A DNA stretch of 64,000 nucleotides from Antechinus flavipes (lineage: Eukaryota), in assembly GCF_016432865.1 (NCBI RefSeq), contig NC_067404.1:54002001-54066000 (forward strand), given 5' to 3'. The notes beneath the pieces were generated by a model, which saw only the letters and a program-made list of their open reading frames with translations, did not search any database and was not told the DNA's origin. This document shows positions 36,901 to 47,435 of this stretch, piece after piece. How positions within the stretch are numbered: position 1 is the first letter of the stretch; each line of letters begins with the position of its first letter. Both the position numbers and the translations under genes were made by a program.

Positions 36901-39900
36901 CCCTTCTGGCTAAATTGAACTGGGGTGGGGGGGCCCTTGCATTTGCCTCTTATTCATTCTGGCTAAATTGGGCTAGAGTTGGGGGGGGCTAGAGTATTTA
37001 CCTGGTACCCATGATTTCTGGTGAAACTGGGGTGGAGGTGGACATGGTATCCCTTCTGGATAAATTGAGCTAGAATTGGGGGCCCCTTGGATTTGCCTTG
37101 TGTCCCTTCTGGCTAAATTGAGCTTGAATTGGGGGGAGCTTGGATTTTGCCTGTTATCCCTTCTGGCTAAATTGAGCTAGAATTGGGGGAAGCTTAGATT
37201 TACCTAGTACCCATGATTTCTAGTGAAAGTGAGGTGGAGGTGGACCTGCTATCCCTTCTGGCTAAATTAGAGTTGGGGGGCCCTTGAATTTGCCTGATAT
37301 CCTTTCTGGCTAAATTGAGCTAGAGTTGGGGGGCCCTTTGATTTTCCTGGTATCCCTTCTGGTTAAATTGAGCTAGAGTTGGGGGACCCTTGGACTTGCC
37401 TGTTATCCCTTCTGGCTAAATTGAGCTAGAATTGGGGGGAGCTTAGATTTTGCCTGTTATCCCTTCTGGGTAAGTTGAGCTGGGGTTGGGGGGAGCTTGG
37501 ATTTGCCTGGTATTCATTCTGGCTAAATTGAACTAGATTTGGGGGGCCCTTGGATTTGTCTGGTACCCATGATTTCTTGTGAAACTGGGGTAGAGGTGGA
37601 CCTGGTATCCCTTCTGGCTAAATTGAGCTACAGTTGGGGGGCCCTTGGATTTGCCTGGTATCCTTTCTGGCTAAATTGAATTAGAATTGGGGGGAGCTAA
37701 GATTTACCTGGTATGAAAAAAAAAAAGACTTACCTGGCATCCCTTCTGGCTAAATTGAACTGGGGTGGGGGGCCCTTGGATTTGCCTCTTATTCATTCTG
37801 GCTAAATTGGGCTAGAGTTGGGGGGGCTAGAGTATTTACCTGGTACCCATGATTTCTGGTGAAACTGGGGTGGAGGTGGACCTGGTATCCCTTCTGGATA
37901 AATTGAGCTAGAATTGGGGGCCCTTGGATTTGCCTTGTATTCATTCTGGCTAAATTGAGCTACAGTTGGGGGGCCCTTGGACTTGCCTGTTATCCCTTCT
38001 GGCTAAATTGAGCTAGAGTTGGGGGAAGCTTAGATTTACCTAGTACCCATGATTTCTAGTGAAACTGGGGTGGAGGTGGACCTGCTATCCCTTTTGGCTA
38101 AATTAAACTAGAATTGGGGGGCCCTTGGATTTGCCTGATATCCCTTCTGGCTAAATTGAGCTAGAATTGGGGGCCCTTGGATTTGCCTGGTACCCATGAT
38201 TTCTGGTGAAACTGGGGTGGAGGTGGACCTGGTATCCCTTCTGGATAAACTGAGCTAGATTTGGGGGGCCTTGGATTTGCCTGGTATCCTTTCTGGCTAA
38301 ATTGAACTAGAATTGGGGGGAGCTAAGATGTACCTGGTATCAAAAAAAAAAAAAAAGATTTACCTGGTATCCCTTCTGGCTAAATTAAGCTAGAGTTGGG
38401 GGGAGCTTGGATTTGCCTAGTATTCATTCTGGCTAAATTGAACTAGAGTTGGGGGGCCCTTGGATTTGCCTGGTATCAAAAAAAAAAAAGATTTACCTGG
38501 TATCCCTTCTGGCTAAATTCAGCTAGGGTGGGGGGCCCTTGGATTTGCTTAGTATCCCTTCTGGCTAAATTGAACTAGAATTGGGGGGAGCTAAGATTTA
38601 CCTGGTATGAAAAAAAAAAGACCTGGCATCCCTTCTGGCTAAATTGAACTGGGGTGGGGGGCCCTTTGATTTGCCTCTTATTCATTCTGGCTAAATTGGG
38701 CTAGAGTTGGGGGGGCTAGAGTATTTACCTGGTACCCATGATTTCTGGTGAAACTGGGGTGGAGGTGGACCTGTTTTCCCTTCTGGATAAATTGAGCTAG
38801 AATTGGGGCCCCCTTGGATTTGCCTTGTGTCCCTTCTGGCTAAATTGAGCTAGAATTGGGGAGAGCTTGGATTTGCCTGCTATCCCTTCTGGCTAAATTG
38901 AGCTAGAATTGGGGGGAGCTTAGATTTACCTAGTACCCATGATTTCTAGTGAAACTGAGATGGAGGTGGACCTGCTATCCCTTCTGGCTAAATTAGAGTT
39001 GGGGGGCCCTTGAATTTGCCTGATATCCTTTCTGGCTAAATTGAGCTAGAGTTGGGGGGCCCTTTGATTTTCCTGGTATCCCTTCTGGTTATATTGAGCT
39101 AGAGTTGGGGGGCCCTTGGACTTGCCTGTTATCCCTTCTGGCTAAATTGAGCTAGAATTGGGGGGAGCTTAGATTTTGCCTGTTATCCCTTCTGGCTAAA
39201 TTGAGCTGGGGTTGGGGGGAGCTTGGATTTGCCTGGTATTCACTCTGGCTAAATTGAACTAGATTTGGGGGGCCCTTATATTTGCCTGGTACCCATGATT
39301 TCTGGTGAAACTGGGGTAGAGATGGACCTGGTATCCCTTCTGGTTAAATTGAGCTAGAGTTGGGGGACCCTTGGACTTGCCTGTTATCCCTTCTGGCTAA
39401 ATTGAGCTAGAATTGGGGGGAGCTTAGATTTTGCCTGTTATCCCTTCTGGGTAAGTTGAGCTGGGGTTGGGGGGAGCTTGGATTTGCCTGGTATTCATTC
39501 TGGCTAAATTGAACTAGATTTGGGGGGCCCTTGGATTTGTCTGGTACCCATGATTTCTTGTGAAACTGGGGTAGAGGTGGACCTGGTATCCCTTCTGGCT
39601 AAATTGAGCTACAGTTGGGGGGCCCTTGGATTTGCCTGGTATCCTTTCTGGCTAAATTGAATTAGAATTGGGGGGAGCTAAGATTTACCTGGTATGAAAA
39701 AAAAAGACTTACCTGGCATCCCTTCTGGCTAAATTGAACTGGGGTGGGGGGGCCCTTGGATTTGCCTCTTATTCATTCTGGCTAAATTGGGCTAGAGTTG
39801 GGGGGGCTAGAGTATTTACCTGGTACCCATGATTTCTGGTGAAACTGGGGTGGATGTGGACCTGGTATCCCTTCTGGATAAATTGAGCTAGAATTGGGGG

Positions 39901-42900
39901 CCCCTTGGATTTGCCTTGTATTCATTCTGGCTAAATTGAGCTACAGTTGGGGGGCCCTTGGACTTGCCTGTTATCCCTTCTGGCTAAATTGAGCTAGAGT
40001 TGGGGGAAGCTTAGATTTACCTAGTACCCATGATTTCTAGTGAAACTGGGGTGGAGGTGGACCTGCTATCCCTTTTGGCTAAATTAAACTAGAATTGGGG
40101 GGCCCTTGGATTTGCCTGATATCCCTTCTGGCTAAATTGAGCTAGAATTGGGGGCCCCTTGGATTTGCCTGGTACCCATGATTTCTGGTGAAACTGGGGT
40201 GGAGGTGGACCTGGTATCCCTTCTGGATAAACTGAGCTAGATTTGGGGGGCCTTGGATTTGCCTGGTATCCTTTCTGGCTAAATTGAACTAGAATTGGGG
40301 GGAGCTAAGATGTACCTGGTATCAAAAAAAAAAAAAAAAGATTTACCTGGTATCCCTTCTGGCTAAATTAAGCTAGAGTTGGGGGGAGCTTGGATTTGCC
40401 TAGTATTCATTCTGGCTAAATTGAACTAGAGTTGGGGGGCCTTGGATTTGCCTGGTATCAAAAAAAAAAAAAAGATTTACCTGGTATCCCTTCTGGCTAA
40501 ATTCAGCTAGGGTGGGGGGCCCTTGGATTTGCTTAGTATCCCTTCTGGCTAAATTGAACTAGAATTGGGGGGAGCTAAGATTTACCTGGTATGAAAAAAA
40601 AAAGACCTGGCATCCCTTCTGGCTAAATTGAACTGGGGTGGGGGGCCCTTTGATTTGCCTCTTATTCATTCTGGCTAAATTGGGCTAGAGTTGGGGGGGC
40701 TAGAGTATTTACCTGGTACCCATGATTTCTGGTGAAACTGGGGTGGAGGTGGACCTGTTTTCCCTTCTGGATAAATTGAGCTAGAATTGGGGCCCCCTTG
40801 GATTTGCCTTGTGTCCCTTCTGGCTAAATTGAGCTAGAATTGGGGAGAGCTTGGATTTGCCTGCTATCCCTTCTGGCTAAATTGAGCTAGAATTGGGGGC
40901 CCCTTGGATTTGCCTTGTGTCCCTTCTGGCTAAATTGAGCTAGAATTGGGGAGAGCTTGGATTTGCCTGCTATCCCTTCTGGCTAAATTGAGCTAGAATT
41001 GGGGGGAGCTTAGATTTACCTAGTACCCATGATTTCTAGTGAAACTGAGATGGAGGTGGACCTGCTATCCCTTCTGGCTAAATTAGAGTTGGGGGGCCCT
41101 TGAATTTGCCTGATATCCTTTCTGGCTAAATTGAGCTAGAGTTGGGGGGCCCTTTGATTTTCCTGGTATCCCTTCTGGTTATATTGAGCTAGAGTTGGGG
41201 GGCCCTTGGACTTGCCTGTTATCCCTTCTGGCTAAATTGAGCTAGAATTGGGGGGAGCTTAGATTTTGCCTGTTATCCCTTCTGGCTAAATTGAGCTGGG
41301 GTTGGGGGGAGCTTGGATTTGCCTGGTATTCACTCTGGCTAAATTGAACTAGATTTGGGGGGCCCTTATATTTGCCTGGTACCCATGATTTCTGGTGAAA
41401 CTGGGGTAGAGATGGACCTGGTATCCCTTCTGGCTAAATTGAGCTAGAATTGGGGGGAGCTTGGACTTGCCTGTTTTCCCTTCTGGCTAAATTGAACTAG
41501 AGTTGGGGGGCCCTTGGATTTGCCTGGTACCCATGATTTCTTGTGAAACTGGGGTAGAGGTGGACCTGGTATCCCTTCTGGCTAAATTGATCTAGAATTG
41601 GGGGGCCCTTTGATTTTCCTGGTATCCCTTCTGTCTAAATTGAACTAGAATTGGGGGGAGCTAAGGTTTACCTGGTATCCCCCCAAAAAATATTTACCTG
41701 GTATCCCTTCTGGCTAAATTGAGCTAGAGTTGGGGGGCCCTTGGATTTGCCTGGTATTCTTTCTGGCTAAATTGAATTAGAATTGGGGGGAGCTAAGATT
41801 TACCTAGTATAAAAAAAAAAAGACTTACCTGGCATCCCTTCTGGCTAAATTGAACTGGGGCGGGGGGGCCCTTGGATTTGCCTCTTATTCATTCTGGCTA
41901 AATTGGGCTAGAGTTGGGGGGGCTAGAGTATTTACCTGGTACCCATGATTTCTGGTGAAACTGGGGTGGAGGTGGACCTGGTATCCCTTCTGGATAAATT
42001 GAGCTAGAATTGGGGGCCCCTTGGATTTGCCTTGTATTCATTCTGGCTAAATTGAGCTAGAGTTGGGGGGGAGCTTGGATTTGCCTGATATCAAAAAAAA
42101 AAAAAATGATTTACCTGGTATCCCTTCTGGATAAACTGAGCTGGGGGGGGGGGGGGCCTTGGATTTGCTTCTTATTCATTCTGGCTAAATTGAACTAGAA
42201 TTAGGGGGAGCTTAGATTTGCCTGGTATCCCTTCTAGCTAAATTGAGCTAGAGTTGGGGGAAGCTTAGATTTACCTAGTACCCATGATTTCTAGTGAAAC
42301 TGGGGTGGAGGTGGACCTGCTATCCCTTCTGGCTAAATTAAACTAGAATTGGGGGGCCCTTGGATTTGCCTGATATCCCTTCTGGCTAAATTGAACTGTA
42401 GTTGGGGGGAGCTTGGACTTGCCTGTTATCCCTTCTGGCTAAATTGAGCTAGAGTTGGGGGGCTCTTGGACTTGCCTGTTATCCATTCTGGCTAAATTGA
42501 GCTAGAGTTGGGGGGCCCTTGGACTTGCCTGTTATCCCTTCTGGATAAATTGAGCTAGGGTGAGGGGGAGCTTTGATTTGCCTCTTATTCATTCTGACTA
42601 AATTAAACTAGAGTTGGGGTGCCCTTGGATTTGCCTGGTATCCCTTCTGGCTAAATTGAGCTAGAATTGGGGAGAGCTTGGATTTGCCTGCTATCCCTTT
42701 TGGCTAAATTGAGCTGGGGTTGGGGGGAGCTTAGATTTGCCTGGTATTCACTCTGGCTAAATTGAACTAGATTTGGGGGGCCCTTGGATTTGCTTAGTAT
42801 CCCTTCTGGCTAAATTGAACGAGAATTGGGGGGAGCTAAGATTTACCTGGTATGAAAAAAAAAAAAAAAGATTTACCTGGTATCCCTTCTGGATAAATTG

Positions 42901-42990
42901 AGCTAGTGGGGGGGGCGGAGCTTGGATTTGCCAGTTACCCATGATCTCTGGTGAAAGTGGGGTGGAGGTGGAGGTGGAGAATGTAGATGC
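30905..42990. repeat. ~12-kb complex tandem array: 53-bp A units, 42-bp B units and A-tract C cassettes, with higher-order structure
   Basis: A = ctggtatcccttctggctaaattgagctagagttggggggcccttggatttgc (~180 copies, estimated); B = ctggtacccatgatttctggtgaaactggggtggaggtggac (~35); C = ctggtat(c/g)A(n)gatttac (27 counted). Degenerate monomers at both edges. Confidence 0.97.
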
Positions 42991-44250
42991 TTAAATACCT
43001 GGTATCTGTGGGGTACCTAGGTACCAAGTCACACAATTGGGCTGGGGTAGGCTTGTTTTTGCTTGTTACCCAGCGTTCAAAGTAATCTGCCTGACTAATG
43101 TGCCAGCTTTAAAGATCTGGGGTACACTTTGAAAAAACTCCCAAAGGTGCAATGTATAAAACATTTATTTAAGAACTTACTATACACAATGCCCAAAGAT
43201 ACAGTCCATGGAGGAGAGAACACATGAAAGGTTTCAGTGGGAAAGTCCCATGAGCCTTAGGCTGCATCAGCAAAGCAGATGATGATATAATAAAAGTTTT
43301 TGTTGTGTTTCATAATATTGGGACATTTCTTTACCATCCTAGATTTAGCATTGAAAGGGACCTCAGAGGCCACTTACTCCAAACCTCTCTTTATAAAGAG
43401 GAAGAAAACTTCTGTCCATTTGCTATACTCATTCTTTCGAAGTAGAATGATTCTGGAAGAGTGCTGCATTTATTAATGAAGGAAGGAAGGAATATTTGAA
43501 TGAATAAGTGTTAAGCACCTGCTAAATTCTAGAGGTAAAATACTAAACCTAGATCATTTTGTCTAAGGAGTGGTCCATTAAACTATTCATTTGGCCTCTG
43601 ACCCCTTTGCTTCCAATATTTATTTGACATTCTCCATTTGCTATCAGCAGTAAACATTAAGCTTACCTTTATTGTCCCAGTGTGAGGTCCTACTCCAGAA
43701 AGGCCTGACCAGTTCAATCAGGGGGACAGACCTTAAGGTTTTTTGAATTGATCTGGTGAATATCCTTTTGAATTGTGAACTTGACTGAAGGACTGAACTC
43801 CATTGCCTGATTGACTAGCTTTTGATCTGGTTGTATTAGATTACAGCGACTGCTATTCATTTCCATGGCTGAATCGGTGCAGATTCCTATAATGCACAGA
43901 ACTATTGGACTTTTCTGTAATATACTTGTGTGGCCAGCCATTTACAGTGACTTCTTCTGGAAGTGACATTGTAGGGATTGTGAAAGATTGTCAGCCTATA
44001 AATTCATCTGAGTATAATTAATAGGCTAGAATCAACTGCTTTTTTTCGACATAAATGTCAAATCTATTTCTCTGGCCCTAACCTTTTAGCCCAGTGCCAA
44101 TTAGATACCCTCTCCCTCTTGCCTACTAAATATTTTTGCTTAAATTTATCCTTCAAAAACTTTCCCCCAAATTAATCTTTTGATCTACTGTGCAGGGTGA
44201 TTGCATGAAATGAGTCAGTAACTAAAATACCAACACATATCTTTGCAGCT

Positions 44251-44472
44251 TGAAGGTCACACATTTATACTTTTTACTTAGAACATATCTTTTTGGAGTC
44301 TCACTATCATACATTTGTACTTTTTACGTGAAGATTTGGCGCCTGAAGGTCATACATTCGCACTTTTTACTTACAAAATATCTTTTTGGAGTCTCAAGAT
44401 CATAAATTTATACTTTTTACTTCAAGAGTTGGGGCCTGAAGGTCATAAATTTATACTTTTTATTTCAAGATG
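44251..44472. repeat. 93-bp tandem repeat (~2.4 copies, 51+42 substructure)
   Basis: tgaaggtca at 44251, 44344 and 44437; a ttt(a/g)tacttttta-like motif recurs every 42-51 bp. Confidence 0.8.
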
Positions 44473-45604
44473 AATTTTAAAATAGGGATGGGGGTCAGGT
44501 CCATAGGCTGAAGTTGACCTGGAACTTGGGTATTTCAATAGATTGGTGAGCTCATCAATCTAGACCCCTGCAACTCCATAAATCAAAAGCTATAACTTAT
44601 AATTCTGAAAACAAACAAACCCACCCCCCCAAAAAACATTGGTTTATAAGTTTTAGGCTTCAAAGGAAAGTGTTGGTTGTTTTAAATATGTTGCTGGATT
44701 TGTGTAGCACTTTATACTGTCTGAGTTGTCTCTGAACGATTTTTGTCTTGCCACCTGTGTACTGTCCCCAGGTATATCTCATTGTCCCCAGCTGTATCTC
44801 ATTTCCTTAGTTTCAGGTTCTGCCGCTCACTGACTTTTTTTCTAGATTTAAACCCTCCGTCCCTCTCTCAGGCTGTAGTTAGTCTCCCCCCCCCCTTTTT
44901 TCCCTCCCTCCCTTTCATTTAAAACAGCCATGATACTAAAGTGACATACATTTACTCTTAAGGAGGACGTTCCCTTCCCTTAACTCCAAAAAGTAACTGA
45001 AATTCAGCAACCCAGTGACCCAAGTTTGAGAAATTTCACTTTTTTCTTGATTCTTCTCTTCCCTCTTCTTTACAGCCCATGGTCCACCATGCACAATGAG
45101 GTGCCATATCCTGCTGATTCAATCTATACAACATATCAAGACTAAAAAACCCTTTAAGATTTAGAGGAGGAAGGCACTTTAAGATTATCTAATCCCAAAA
45201 TATGCAGTGACCAGAGCATTGGACTTAGTGCTGAGTTCAGATTTGAACTCGGACACTTCCTACCTGTATGACTCTGAACAAATCACTATCTACCTCAGTT
45301 TCCTCATGTCTAAAATAGGGATAATATCTATCTCTCAGACGTGAAGATAAATGAGATATTAAGACACTTTGGTAGGTATTTTTACAGGTGAGGAACCATA
45401 CTCAGGGCAAACGTCTCTAGCAGTTTTGAAAACAAAATTAAAATCCAGTTCCTCTATCCCCATATGTATTTAGTGCTGCAACTAAGTCAACAACTTGGGA
45501 ATTTATAGTATTATTCAAACAATAATTTAAGATTATCCGTCATTTAGGTTAGGACCAGCAAGCTTTGCAAGCCTGGTAGAAGTGACTGAAGTCAACCCAG
45601 GAGT

Positions 45605-45850
45605 GATTGTTTATTAAGTGCCCAGATGCAGGACCCCGAGTCAGGAAGGCTCATTTTCCCCGAGTTCCAACCTTGCCTCAGGCACTTATTAGCTGTGTGA
45701 CCCTGAGTAAATCACTTTACCCTGCTTGCCTCCGTTTCCTTATCTGTAAAATGAGCTGGAGAAGGAAACGGCGCACCATTCCGGTTTCTTTGCCAAGAAT
45801 GGGCCAAATGGTGTTCCGAAGAGGGGGAAACGACGGAACATTCAGGCGCT
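45605..45850 (+). mobile_element. MAR1-like CORE SINE with RTE-derived tail
   Basis: gagtcaggaag...gctgtgtgaccctgagtaaatcacttt...ctgtaaaatgagctggagaaggaaacggc...tttgccaagaa. Confidence 0.75.
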
Positions 45851-46189
45851 GGATACCAGGGTGCAGGATTACAATATAGAAGACAAGCGAAGGGTTCAAA
45901 GTTTCCAACCTTTTTCTTACTTTTTTTTATTTGGGAGAAACGAGTATTTGTAAAAAGAAAATAAATATTAATTGAAAGGGGGTGAAGTGAGGGTGGGATG
46001 TAATAAAGGATCGGGAGGTCCATGCAAAGGTGGGAAATCAGGGTGTAACGTGGGTAACTCCAAGGATGCAGGGCAAGCTACTAAGCCATCTCTACAGCCC
46101 AACCCCTTCCGTGCAGTCGGAGTCCCGGGGCCCCGAGTGCATCTTGGCATGCTGGATCTTGTAGTTCTCAAGGCAGTAGACTAAACTTG

Positions 46190-46482
46190 ATTCGGGGAAA
46201 CGGGGTAGCGCTAGCCATTGGATAGCAAGAACTGCTCCGGACCGCGCCCTGGGCGGGGCCCGGGCCGGAAGGAGATCACCAGCGGCTTCTGCTGGAAATG
46301 CTCGGGTGTTAGCGAGCAATACGGCCCCGGAGCCTGGCCGAGCGAGCAGTCTCGCGCGATCGCAGTCACTGCACCACAATTGCGGGCGGGGTCTAAAGGA
46401 TTTAAAGGGCGGGTCCCAAGCTGGGGATGGGCCGGGCTTGTGGTGATGACATCCTGACGCTGCCTTGGGTAGAGGCTGGGCC
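46190..46482 (+). promoter_or_regulatory. UPF3B: UPF3B CpG-island promoter and 5' UTR
   Basis: GC boxes GGGCGGGG at 46251-46258 and 46384-46391, ETS site CCGGAAG at 46265-46271; CpG-rich through exon 1. Confidence 0.75.
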
Positions 46483-46854
46483 ATGAAAGAAGATAAGGAG
46501 AAAGCGAGGCCCAAGGAGAAGCGGCCGCCCTCGTTGGCAGTCTCGTCTGCAGCAGCGACAGCAGCAGCAGCAGCAGAGACAGCGGCGGCGGCGGTCACCA
46601 AAGCAGCGGTTACCGCAGCTGCGGCGGCGGTAACTGCAGCCTCAGCCCCAGCCCCGGCCCCTGCCCCAGCTCCAACCCCGGCCCCGGCCCCAGCCCCAGC
46701 CCCAGCTCCAGCTCCAACCCCGGCCCCGGCCCCACCCCCAGCTCCAGTTCCAGCTCCCCCTGCAGCGAGCTTCGGCGGCGGCGCGGCAGCGGACTACGCT
46801 AAGACCCAGGACAGAAAGCCCGAGCGATTCAAAGACAAGGAGATGCTGAGCAAG
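46483..46854 (+). CDS. UPF3B: Regulator of nonsense transcripts 3B, exon 1 (124 codons, Ala/Pro-Ala expanded)
   Basis: gccATG AAA GAA GAT AAG (MKEDKEKARPKEKR, cf. human MKEEKEHRPKEKR)...EMLSK|gtgcga. Confidence 0.92.
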
Positions 46855-46994
46855 GTGCGAGGGGCGCGTGCAGGTTCCTTCGCCCAAGGAGCCGCCCGAC
46901 CTGGGGCCACGCCTGCCCCTTCCTCCCGCCCTCTCCCCCGACCCCCGAAAAGCTCCGTGCCAGCGGTCGAACGCTGGACACGAATTGTTTTGGG

Positions 46995-47435
46995 GGAGAA
47001 GGCAGTTGGGGGGAGGGTAAAATGGGACGGCAGAGGCGAGGAAGGGGGGAAGGAGGAAGAAGGGAGGGTGCGACTGCGGGAAAGGCGAACTTGGGGTGGT
47101 GCCCATTTGGGTGGAGAGAACAGAGGCTCAAGAGCAATAGAAAGGGGGGGCAGAAGGTCGGAGAGGGGAGCAGTGGGAGAATGGGGGGGCAGGTCGGGTG
47201 GGGGAAGGGGTCAGAGAGGAGCAGGGAGGTGGAGGGGGCGGGGACGGGGAGAGGGGGAGAAGGGTTAGAAAAAGCGGAGAGGGGAAGAAGCTCGATGAAG
47301 GCGGGTAAAGCTGAAAGGGGCGCAGGTAGGGTTGGGGGAGGGTAGAGGGGGAAGCTGAAGATTCAGAGGGCGGGGTGGAGAGGGGAAGGGTAATCGAGTG
47401 AGGAATGGAGGAGGGGGAAAGAGAGAAGGGAGATG
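46995..47435. repeat. G/purine-rich low-complexity tract at the start of UPF3B intron 1 (G4-prone)
   Basis: Dense runs of three or more G on the plus strand. Confidence 0.7.

Noticed and set aside
30905-42990. CRISPR-like array (constant junction with variable inserts)
   Set aside because: The context is mammalian, the inserts are a few recurring cassettes rather than unique spacers, and there are no cas genes.
30905-42990. Identity with marsupial RSX
   Set aside because: RSX lies near HPRT1/PHF6, not between RNF113A and UPF3B, and I do not recognise RSX motifs here. Only an analogy is proposed.
46092-46601. 169-aa antisense ORF over UPF3B exon 1
   Set aside because: It mirrors the GCN/Ala repeat in a CpG island and has no independent coding evidence.
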